Shown here: positions 12,701-25,000 of the stretch, one piece after another | How the letters are laid out: every line of letters starts with the position of its first letter | Position numbering within the stretch: position 1 is the stretch's first letter | Notes under the pieces: model-generated | Told to the model about the DNA's origin: nothing | The model's database searches: none | Seen by the model: only the letters and a program-made list of their open reading frames with translations | Program-made: the position numbers and the translations under genes | Assembly: GCA_964036045.1 (NCBI GenBank) | Contig: OZ038378.1 | Span: forward strand, 2,356,001 to 2,420,000 | Direction of reading: 5' to 3' | DNA length: 64,000 nt | Source: Eutreptiella sp. 'Long Island Sound 2002' | Lineage: Eukaryota; Protista; Euglenida

Positions 12701-15700
12701 ATCCAATCATGATTTCCAACTCACAAAAAGAGGGGGGGGTCAAATTCTCTGTCTTCGGCAAGACAATCTCGCAGAAAACTGGTGGTTACAAGGCGAAAGA
12801 CACACTTCACAGTGTGCAATAGCACCCCCAAGCACCCAATGGCCAAATGCAGTAAAATTGCATACAGAGGGCCTCAAACATGCTTGACATGTGATATTTG
12901 ATGGTTGTGATGGGGGCAATATTAAAAAGATCGGTTTTCCTTGCGATGTTGGAATTTTCCATGTTTGAGCTGTTTAGGATGAAAATCGCTATTGCAGTCT
13001 AGACCCTATTTCTAGCGCAAATAATAATTATACTGCTTTCGGCAAGTCCACCTAGGAGAGAGTTGTGAAATCAAGAGCTGGTGCAAACGCCACACATCCC
13101 CACTTTTGGGGGATATTCACGCTGTATACCACAAGGTAAGGAATGAGATGTTCAACCCCTTGTAAAGTTATCATTTGGGGACCCAAAAGTGTACCCAAAT
13201 TTCTTCATTGTGACCCGGCCCCTCATCCTGATTCCCCTCAGCCGGATGCCATTTGTTTTGCATCCTCAGCAAGGTTGATCACGGTATTTGGTTATTGGGT
13301 GTTGGGGTGAATCAGGGCACATTGCAAAGTTTTCTGAGGCAATTGCCATCAACAACTATTAGCCAACTTTGTGGCATGTTGTTAAGACCAATTATCTGCA
13401 AGGTGAACTTGCTGGAGGGACGAGAATTCCAAAACTGCTTTTTTTTTGACCTCGTGACTACTCACAATATCGCCACCGTCAAACATCCCATGTAAAACAT
13501 GCTTTGGCCCTCTGTAGGTGTTTTCCACCCTTCAGGGTGGGGACAAGGCTATGGTGCACAAATTGCTTCAACAGGTTTTCAGCCTCAATAACTCAAAAAT
13601 AAAAATCCCAAAACCTTTTTTCTCGATTTGGTGAAAACTCACAATGATCAACTATTGTATGTAAAGCATGTTCTTGGCCCTCTTAATGTGGCTTTCACCA
13701 TATTTGTCCTTTGGGTGTTGGTGGTCGTGGGGGAAAGGGGGGGGGGGCGTATTGCCTCGTGCAAAATTTGCTTGAGTTGGTCCCGTCCACAACTCAGCCT
13801 TGTGGGTCATTCAAGGAGCATTGTGCCACACACCACGCTGTCCCTTGCACTCCAGGATACATGGGGTATGCTGTCAAACTCCACCTGTAGGCAGACCCCA
13901 CGGAACACCTCTGCCACGGGGGGGACGTCTCCTCGCTTTTGTACACGACTCCCTCCCCCAGTAGAAGTGGGCCGAAGGCCCCCAGGGCGGGGGGGGGGGG
14001 GGGGGGGGCAGTTGGGGGGGGGGGGCTAGCCGCCGAGGAGGGCCTCTCTAGGGACTGGCTTGTCGCTAGGGGGGGGGGGGGTGAGAGGATTAGCAGAGGA
14101 CTAGTCCAGTCTGGCAGAGACGCGGTGGCCTAAGGGGTTATTCTACAACAACAGAGGCCCCCACTCTACCTCCTCACCAGTGTAGGGTTAGGGTTAAGTT
14201 AACCCTAACCTGAACAGGGAGGGCTGCCACGTGGGCAGGGGGGGGGGGGTGCCTCCCATCCACGCTCTAGTGCCTGGGAAGGGAGGGGTGCCACGTGGGC
14301 AAGGGGAGTGAAAAAAAATTCGATTGCCTTCGGCAGTGCACCTCGAAGAGAGGCTGACAGTCAGCCAATCAGTCGGTTAGCCAGTCAGTCAGACAGAAAC
14401 ACACAGTTTGGGTTTTTTGCAGTGGCAGACTCGGCCCTAAGCAGTGGGGAGGACATGGGTCTGCAGGGCAAGTAGTGGCCGAATGGTAATGCAGTCGGCC
14501 GCAGGCCCTGTGAATGGGGGTTCGAGCCCCGGTGGGGCGAACATGACGTCTGCGGCGCCGCCGACGGCAGTCCACCGACCAGGATTTGAACCGCCGACCT
14601 AAAAATCTGTAGTCGGCTGCGTGACCATTCGACCAGTGTTTGTTGTTACAGCATTGTGCCTCCCCACTGCTTAATGCCTTCTGAGCACAAACTTTTGACC
14701 CCCCCCCCAACCCCCCCACCCCACCCCACCCCCTCAAAAAAGTGATATCCAGTTTTAGGGGATGGAGGCCTCAGAATCAAAAAATCCATTGGGGGATGGT
14801 CTTACTGGGCAAAATAATGATTTTACAAGGGGTTGGACATCAAATATCATGCCTTTGGGTATGCTACGCGAATGACCCCAAAAAAGGGGGGTATACGACG
14901 CCCGCGCCTGCGCTTGATCTAACAACCTCTCTTCGAGGTGATTTTCAGGCGCCTTCGGCGCCCCCATATGTAAGGCCCGTAGCTATTGACTCTTGGCAAC
15001 TAAGTGGGCCTGGAGGGCAGGGAGGGGTGGGGGGGGGGGGGGGCGCGTACCAGAACTGAGGAGACAACCCTCCCCCACCCCTGTGACCTCTGCATCCGCC
15101 ACCAGAGCACACACAATTCCAGCCCGTTTGGACTGGCCCGCCGGTGCAAAAGTGGAAATCTCTCTCCAACTGCTCTCCTTCACACCTCACTCCTCATCCC
15201 AGCACTGGGTAGGACCATCAAAACCCCCCACCCACCCAGTGTTGCCGAGTGCGACGGGCCCAGAAGGGTCAGAAGAGCGAGTGTGCCTCTGCCACCAGGG
15301 CACCCCACTTCTTGGAGAAAGTGCTATCCGGATGGAGCCGTAGTACCACTTTCACACACCAGTTGTGAGGAGGTGCATGACCGGCCTGCCCCCTCAGCCC
15401 GGGTGGTCCGCGAATCGCCTCCACCTGTCCACAAAGGGAGGGGGATGCAGGTCCATGCAGTACTTCATATGTGTACGTGGGATAGCGCAACACACTTCGT
15501 TGTTGGTTTGTGCCATGTTAGCCTCTTGGTCCTCGTCTTTGGCTTTCTTTTTCTTGGACTTCTTTGATTCCGGCTTCTTGGATTTGGCAGTGCCGTCGTC
15601 CCCGTCCTAAAACACATCAACACGAGCGGGTCCGCAGCAGGGCGCTCGATGTGCCGGCCTCTGTGGTGACCCGTGTTGCTGCGGCCAGAATTTTCACTCC

Positions 15701-18700
15701 GTTTCAGAGCCCGTGGATCAGGGAAGAGGCCCATGGATCAGGGAAGAGGCGCACACACTCATGCGCAGGTGGATACACACGTTGAGTTGAGGCCGCCCCA
15801 ACGCAACACAGCTCATTGCAAGAGGCACCTCGCAGGTATGCAGTGCTCTACCCAACGGTGTTCAGGCGCTCCTGGGACCGGACCTCCACGACACAGCCAC
15901 AAACACAGACCTTCTTTTTTGCCGGGGCTGCGCGCCCCCCTTTCTTGAGCTTCTTGGCCTGCTCCTCCTCCTCCAGACGTTTTCTCTCCTCCTCTTCCTC
16001 CTGCTTCTTGCGCTCCTCCTCCTCCGCTTTCAGACGGGTAGCCTCTCTGGCCTGATGCCGTGGGGAGAAATATATGCCGAAGTACACACGGCAGCATTAC
16101 ATACGAGAGCAGGTTGAAGGGGTTATACACGAGTTGGGGGCATCATATTCTGGATGCGCCATGTACCGTGGGAGAGATTTTTTCTGCAGCCCAGGTCCTG
16201 GCTTGGCAGCGACACCGGCAGTCGAAACCCGGGGAATGGGGAAAAGGGTTGGGTTGGGTTGTGTTGGCTCTCAGCTTGCGCCGAAGGCTCGGATCCCACG
16301 GCCGGCCTGACCGTACCTCACCGGCGAGACTGGGCCCAGGCCTCGATCGCCTGGTCTCACAACCGTCCAGACTGCTGACGATCCCCAAACCCCACCAAGG
16401 CGCCGGTGGGAGGGAGACACCGCCGTGCATGGGTGTATTTGGCGGCCTAATGCCGCCGGGGTCCTGTGGGGGTTTTCAGGGCAGAGGGTACAGCACGGTG
16501 GCACACCTTGATTCTTCTCCAGCGGGTGGGGGGGGGGGGGGTGGCTGTGTGTGCTCTGCGTCCCAGTGAAAGCACAGGGGGGTCCTATATTGAGAAGGCT
16601 GGTAGAGATGGTGGATCAGGTGACCCTCGGCCTTCTGCAGCCCACGATTGTACCCCAGAGGGGTGCACCAGGCTAAGAGGGATGAGTGATCTTTGGTGCT
16701 CCTTGATTGCCCCAGGGGGGCACTGGTGGCGCGGCACAGAGGGCAGACCGTTACGCCAGTGACCGGCTCCAGCAAGGTTCCTCCCCAACAGCCTTCAGGC
16801 CAGGGCTGTCCTTAACAAGAAAAAAAAAAAGCCATCGCAACGCCAAACGAACGTTCACGGGGACGCTCTCTGCTTCATGGACAAGACATGAGCCAGACAC
16901 CACAAGACCACGGAAACAGTATTGAACGATGGGTGGCGGTTGGCGACGGTTGGCGCTCGGCGGTTCCTGGGGACTGTGCTTAAGGGATGTCCTTAACAGC
17001 AAAAATTAATTATCAATTAATTATTATGAATTCATCAATCAATTGATTATTGGGCTTCACAAGGACAGCCCTACTTCAGGCCCACAACTGTAACCCATAG
17101 GAGTACACGGGGCATGGCTAGGGTCAGTTGGTCTCAGGCGCTAATCGGCTGTCTCAGAGTAGCGCTGTGCAGAGCACAGAAGACCGTTACGCGAGTGACC
17201 GGGAGGGTTTGGGGTCTGCCTGGTGTCACATCGGAGGAGGGTTCCGGGGCGTGCTGAGCACCTCCTGCCCCAGAAACACTCAGAAGAGCAGATCCCCCAA
17301 CGCCTGGGTCACCTTGAACGAGCTGGGACCCGGAGGGTACACCGCTCGCCAAGGCGGGAAGAAAATTGCTCTGCAGGGGGGGGGGGTGACACGGGGGCCC
17401 ATTTTCTCAACCCCCCGCCCCCCCTTCTTGGCCGCCATGACGGGAGGGGGGGTTCAGGGCGGGGGTGCCCGACCTGCTGTGCCGGGGGGGGGGGGGGGTC
17501 AACCCAACATCTATGGCTCAAAATGATACCCACGTCGCGCTGATCATTTTGACTACTCAAATGTGGGGGGGGAAATTATTGGTGGAAAAAACTTTTTCGG
17601 GCCAAAATTTTGTGTTCCTGCGCCTTCGGCGCCAACATCCGTTCTTACACAAAACAAAGGGCCCGACACGGAACCCCATTTCTCCAACCCCCCCCCCTCC
17701 TCCTTCGGCGGGCGTTCATGTCACCCTCCCCCCCCCCCCCCCCGCAGAGCAATTTTCAGGTCGCCCAACCTCTCCGGGGTGGGACTGGGGGGGGGGGGGG
17801 CACGAGGCCATGGTGTTAGTTTGTTTGCCTTTGGCGCCTATTGGCCTCTCGCCACTGCGCATTCTGACCCTCTGTGGGTCCGAACTTGTTTTGGTCGTGT
17901 CACCGGAGCCCCTGGATGACTTGTCCAGTTTGACTACTCCGGGGTCGACTGTCCCAGAGACGGGGGGTGGGGGGGACTGACCGCCCCCACCCCACCCCAC
18001 CCACCAGGTGATGGCTTTCCTTTCCAGATTGTGTGTCGTGAACACTCTGTGCATCGCTCCACGGACCCCCATCTCATGCGCTAGAGTGCACTCCTTGGGC
18101 CTCAGGATTTGTCAGCCACCCCAAGTCCCACCCATGCAGGGCATGGCACACGTGTTTTTTCGACGGTCAGTGCCTACCAAACCAGACAGTCTAACAAACC
18201 CGAACGAGCTGCAGGGCAGGTGCACGGGAGAGTGAAGACCTCTTGTTCGCGCCGTTCGATTTCCGCCACATGATCCTCGTACTCTTTCTCCAAATCCGCA
18301 GCGCTTGGACCGTCGTAAAGAAGCCCCGACGTCCCCAGACATGAGATAAAAACAAGCAGCTGCACGTCTTGTTCTTTCGCTGTGCAGAAGTCAGGCACAA
18401 TATAGCCCATGCATTGAGTCTTCAGGGGCGTCTGAAGTGCACTCAAAGCGGTATTTAACGGCGCAGACAACGCTCTGGTGTCCTTTACCCAAACGCGGGC
18501 GGTTGCTGGATACCAACGGAGTTTCGCAGCATGGGACTGATGTTTCTGACTCGAGCAATGTTGTTACGTTTCCTGGGGTTGGTTCATTGGATCGGGGGTC
18601 TGGGAGTCGGAGCCTTCAACCACTGTCTCAGCCGTCAAATGGGAACCAGCAGAGCGTGAAAGCCAGTCAGCGGCAGTTGGAGGATAACAAGGGCCGCTTT

Positions 18701-21700
18701 AAGGTCGGTCTTGGAGCATGTCTCCAACAAAATTAAAAGAAGAGGAAGAAGAAGCGTGCCTGTGGCCAAACACCCGCTGGTTGCACTACACACATATGCA
18801 TGCATGCAGGCGTGTTGGGCAGCGAAGCAGTGCGTGGCATGCAACGCAATGCGCACTCCAACATGGTGAACATGCCTCACAGACACTTCAACCACTTGGG
18901 GGAGTTGAGCGCAGTTCTCGAACCCAACACACACGGTGTGAAGAGGGGGGGGGGGGGGCTTTCCTAAGGGGGAGGGAGGGTATTTGAATTCCCCTCTAAA
19001 ATGCCAGCCTATGAATACACACAAATGGGAGTACAACTGTTGGCCACTTACCTTGAGTGAAATAAAAATAGCCAATGAGCAGTGCAAGACATTGGCCAAT
19101 TCATGATGAATCACCTCACAAAGGGTGTCAGATCAAAACCAAGCGGGCCACATATATGGGAAACACCACGTACCACCGCGGTTTTGGGCCCATTCACACA
19201 CCATAGCCCCATGGGTCAAAGTCGGGGCTTACACCTGTGTTTTTGCCCAACAATAGTCTCCCTCAATGAGTGTTAGGCCGGCACCCCCCTCTTCAACTCC
19301 TGCCCACTGAAAACCCACTCACAGGGGGGCAGGGTCAAAAAACTCACCCACACCTTTTGGGTATCAAAAATAGCAAATTTGAAACTTCACAATTTTGAGG
19401 TTGAGATTGAAATTGAGATCGTTGGATATCACCTTTGGAACATTTGTCTTTTAATCTTTTGAGACCGCAAAATATGCAGTTATGACCCTATTTTCAGTGT
19501 GCACAACAATTTCATGCTTCAAACGGGCAATGAGCACCCTGGGCAAGGCTAGTGAAGCGGCAGGCTGAGGGCCAACTATTCTAGAACTATTCTATTCTCT
19601 CCACTGAACTGAGTTCTGCCCCACTACCTTGACTGGTCCTCAGAGACGATCGGAGCAACATTACAAGACAATAATTGATTGTATTCTTTACCCGTGTAGC
19701 CGTGTAGCAGAGAAAGGGGTTAAAAGTTCAATGGAATAAAAGAACACAAGAATATGAACAAGAAGTCACCACCTGAAGCACATAGAAAGTAAGTGACAGT
19801 GTCCCATGGCCAATGACACAACAATATACCACACAAAACCACACAAAAGCTACTGTTCGTCGACGACTATGAATACTACAAAACACACAAAGAAGGCCAG
19901 GAGTGCATGTGCACAGCAAGAGGGACACCATGTGCGCAGATGATGGGAAATGTGTGCACCATGCCATGGATGTGATGCATGATGACACAAATCAGGATTG
20001 AGCTCAAGAATGTGAAGATGAGTCAAATGATGGAAGAATGACACTGATGGTGACTTGGGGCAGTAAATGGGCGATGATCCTGATCATTCATGATGATGAC
20101 CCATGATGGGGGATGATGGGGGGATACTGGCATGATCCTGAATTGAGGTCAAGAATGCTGCCCAGAGTCATTCTGGCCATCATCTTACTAAATTCAGCCA
20201 GAATATCGGTCGGTCACCCAACTGGGTCATGATCGACGATTCAGAATCATGGGTAAGAAATTGGCCACATGCTGCATGATGAGCATTTGGGCTTGGCATG
20301 TCGATTTCTGATTCCTAACGAAAATGATCAAATGAACAGAATCTGACCGAAAATAAGGTCCACTCTTATGGTTTCCTAAGAGTGGTCTTGGTCTCGTTTT
20401 CAGATGGCTTCTCGAAATGGAGGAAATTTTCCACATGCCGGGGGGAAATACCCATCATGTCCATCATGCATCATGGTATTCTGCATGACACATGACACAT
20501 GAATGAGCCAGAATGATGCCTGAAATGTCGAGAATGAGAATGAAATTGAACCAATCTGACTGACAACTGGGGCTAGTAGCGGGCTAGTAGCGGGTCTGAT
20601 GTGTCACTAGAGGCTGCCTAACATGTTTAAAACTTTGATGAAAAAAAAGAAACCATGGGTATCCCAAAACCTAACATTTTAAAGAGTGATCGTTGGTCTA
20701 CTTAGTCTTCTCCTCCTTTTGCAGCCCATTGTGGGTATACTGCCACAACATCCCTCGTCCCACAGGGTCAGTAAGGCCGCCAAAAACACTTTCAGTGCTT
20801 GTCTTCACTAAGCACCAAAGCCCAAAAACTACAGAAACTTTATGAGCGCTCATCCTGCATGGTGTCGGCATGCCGCACAGGCTCAGGAGCCAAAGAAGAC
20901 TTTCAGCATTTATAGCTCAAACGATTGCCCAACTTTGTAGTACCTTGTTAGGACCAACCTTCTCTGCAATGTGGATTTGCCAGAGACATCAGAATTTGCC
21001 TTGTCTGCATACCACAGTCCAGGACATAGTCCCGTGGCTACAGCTAGAAGCCTAGGTCCCCGAAAAGGCGGGGTGGAAAATAAAAATTGAGAGGGGTTTT
21101 CTTTGAGGTACCCTTGCACCGACACTTGATACAAAAAATATACCCTCGTGTGACACTTGAAGAAAGTTATTTTTTGTCTTTTTTTTCTCGGCTATCACGC
21201 GAGGGGCTCACGTGACACTTAAAAAACCAAATTCATAATTCTTTCATTCGTTTTACCCTCGCGTGACACATCACCCCATTTGCAAAGCCCAGTTCCAGTC
21301 TGCAAACTGAATGCGGGCAGGAGGCTAGCCAATTTTTCACAGTGTACTTCAGAGCAGCAGAAAGAAATGCAGATGGCGACCGAACGTGAGGCACCAACCT
21401 GCTTTGATTTCCCTCAGAATGTTGGCCTTCGTGGGGCGGAACTCTGTGTCCTCCGCATCGTCGGACATTACGATAACTTCATAACCAAGGTGCTGCAGGA
21501 TCTCATCCAAATCACTACAGTCGATGGCTGGGTGGCTGATGGGGCAGAGGCGGGGGTCGTCATACCTGAAAGGCAGTGCGTTTGGAGGAAAGCAGGGCTG
21601 CTTCCAAGAGGCGAAGGGTCCCCCACAGTGAGCTCTGTGTGTGGCTGATGCCAACTGGATGGTGGAAGTTGGACAGCAAAGTGTGTACTGTGGTCATGCA

Positions 21701-21986
21701 CTATGATCAAGGGGCAGGATGTTGCATCAAGGGCCTCCTACACCAACGAGGACACAGCTGGGATTATGCCGGGGTACTGCAAAGGCATGCGGAACGATTT
21801 CTGTCAGCACCAGTGGCGAAGCTCTACCGTCTGAAGACCTCCTTTGTCAAACGCCCCTCAGTCAAAGAGACCTACAAACACACCAGTTTGCTGTTTTCGT
21901 GGAGATTTTGCAGTAATCTGACTGGTCAGGTTCCAACAACCCAGCAACCGTATTGCAACAACTGTATTGCAACAGGATCTCTGAAC

Positions 21987-22033
<47 letters not shown>

Positions 22034-25000
22034 AATGTGTGCGCTTCCATGCATGCTACAGTGCTGACAAAAGCACCTGGCGTTTAATGCCCTGGACACT
22101 CTTGGGTCAGCAAGGGGCGTGTGGGTTTCCAGCATTGTGTGCTAACAATCGCCCAGTTAGACAGCCGGTGCATTCTGAGGGTTTTACTTTACATGTCTGG
22201 CAACCCCATACTCAATCTTACTTCAGATGCGCGACCCACTCTGCACTCATCACACACTTCCCAATCCCGATCAGCAAGGCCCTCCATTCGTCCTTCGTCC
22301 GTGTCTCTGCAGGGAACCGCCGCTGCAGGTCCAGAATCCGGCGCTGCCTCGCCCGCTTCTTCTCCCGGGCCTCGCCCAGGAGGTTGGCCCAGCGCCGGGC
22401 AAAGTACGCCCGGATGCTTTTCTGGATGACAATGGCCGTAAGGTACTCCCCACGATTGCGCATGCGGTTGCCCATGATGACCGTGGACCAGGCCTCATCG
22501 CACGTCGGGTTGCAGGAGGACGTCAGGACAAAAAACATGCGGGACAGCTCGTCGCCATGCAAAAGCGCAGAGTGCATCAGCCGCGAGAGGTTGGAGCCGT
22601 GGTGGACAGTGCTGTCGTTGCTGCGGCTGCAGGGTGGAGAAGGCTCTTTACACACCTCCACCTCCTTGGGCAAGCACGGCGCAGATCAGGAAAGGCAAAG
22701 GTCAGGTTAGGCGGGGATCTGGTGCTTGTACAAGGTTCCACACATCAAGCATGAATGCAACCACAAGCTCCAAGAGTAATCCCAACCCACCTCAGCTTGT
22801 TCAGAAAACGGCTGCGCTTCACGGCAGAATGTTGCTACCAGAAGATGTAACTCGTACATGCATGGCCCAGTCCCTCTTTGGCACAGGCTCACATGGGCTC
22901 ACACAGGCATAGCATGGGCTCACATCCGTGTCATCTGACATCCTCGACCGCAAAAACGGCCGTCACAGGACAGACCACAGAACACACGGCCACAAGGGCA
23001 ATGGTTGGATGGGGTTGCCGTGCTCAGGTGAAGCGGCGCTTGCACAACAGGAGAGGGGTGCTAAAGAACATTCTGGGCTGCCTTTGGGGGGGGGGGGTGC
23101 CGAAAATGTATGAGTAAAAGTGTGGGCTTGTACTTCCGGGTCACAACATTTTTCAGCAGGAAATTGCTTGCATGGCATGTCCACAGACGGTGGAGAAGCA
23201 CAATTTTGGTAGGCTAGAGTTGTTGCCCCTCTGATTACAGGTGCTGCTTCAGCCCCATAGCATTCCTCTCATACCGGCGCCGGAATGCTTCACATTCAGC
23301 CAAACCCAAAACAGAGATATGTAACACATTCCGGAGCACCAAGTGTTACACATCAGTGGTGCGCAGCATTTTCAGGCATTTTGCCTTTTGCGGGAAAAAT
23401 GAAGGTGACTTGGCACAGTGAGCGGGGGGGGGGGGGGGGGAGGCATGACACCTGAGTTTATGAGTGGATTGCTGTCTGATTGTGGCGGCGCCCACTGGCC
23501 TCTCACCACTTACCCTTGTCCTTTCCATCAGCCCTTTCCCTCTGCAAGTGGCGGTGCAAACTGACAACGGCCCCCAAAATCGGGGAAAATGTTCCCTGAA
23601 TTGGGCGAATAGATCGAGGGGCATAATGAGGAAAACAGACTCAATTCAGGGGGCTGAAGGTGGAGCATTAGGTCTTGGACACTGTGAGGGCCCCCTTGGG
23701 TGAGCTTACATGCAAGAAGTGCAGAGAGAAGAGATTGGTATCATCTTTCATATCATCTGACATCCTCGTGTAGATGGTAAGCCTTTTTTCCAAAAGGTTT
23801 GCAAAACAGAAGCCCATCGTTCTTGTGCAACCCGTACTTGCCCCATTTGTTAGCGCGATTATTCACAGTCACGTTTTTTGCATCATTTTTGCGGGCTGCA
23901 AGCTGTCTTAGGTCCCATAGGATTTGTTCTCTTGGTTCCATCAGTGGTCGATTGGAATGTTGGTGTTGCGGCCAATGTTGTTGTTGGTGTTGTTGTGGTA
24001 AAGAAATGGGACGGTTGCACGCAAACAGAGTGTACACAACTCATCCTCTGTTGAAAGGTGAGGGTGTTGTGCTGCAAATAGTGTTTGCTCAAGTCCACCA
24101 AGGTCTGTGACAACTGTCAACTCTGACCCCATGCTAAAATAAACAGCACACTTTACCATCAGTGATCACTGCTAATCTAATCTGTATACAAACTAACCAA
24201 ATGCACATTCGGTCCCCCACAATGAGGGGGGGACCCCAATTGCATCACCGCCCTCCCGCCCGCCTAGGTAAAATGCCTATTTCTGGTGGTCAATCTTGCA
24301 ACCCACTAAATCGAGCTCACAAATCAGGGTCAATCGGAGAAATCGGACCCCGATCCGGGGGTGGGGGGGGGGGGTTGCATTGGCCTCTCACCACCTTGTC
24401 CCCTTGCTCTGCTGGTCCTTCCTTTCCCTCCCTCCTATCTTGTCCACAAGCCTTGTTCCATACCGAGATGACTATGTATCCCAATCAATGGCGGTGTGCT
24501 TGCCATCTGGCAGCATCGTTTCATTTTCCATCTGCAAACCTACCACCACGCCGATTTTGGAGTGCCTACTTGTCTATCTTTTGGGCTGCCCGAATTGGTG
24601 TTCCTCGAGACTATATCACGTTGATGACACTTGCCACGCACACCCTAACAAGAACGTTCATACTGTGGCGGTAACACAACAAAAAAAATTCTGCTTGTGT
24701 GGAGACAAAATCAAAGTGGCCACATAATCCGGGCTGCGGTGGGGGCTCACATGTGGGCAAAATGGCTCTGTCTCGAGGTCCCCAAGGCTGGGACAAAATC
24801 AAAGATGTCTCTGGGGCCTACATGTGGCCAGGTGGCCAAGCCACATTTCTCTTGCCGCTTTGAGGGTCCCCATATAGGGCACCAAAGCAAATTAGCTTCA
24901 TGACCAATGCCGTCTTGGGGGGCCCACATGTGGGGAAAATGGCTGCATAACGCATGCTATCTTGGAGGTCCCCAAAGCGGGCACAACATCCAACTGGCTA

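Larger units (their letters stand above)
14318..14943. mobile_element. Type-1 Helentron/Helitron2-like non-autonomous element, copy A: hairpin end, subTIR, AGTC repeats, inverted tRNA-like pair, R module
   Basis: Starts att-cgattgccttcggca (tgccTTCggca hairpin). cacctcgaagagagg at 14339-14353 is inverted to cctctcttcgaggtg at 14926-14940. Ends in att. Homologous to 37031-37645 and 53508-55944. Confidence 0.75.
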
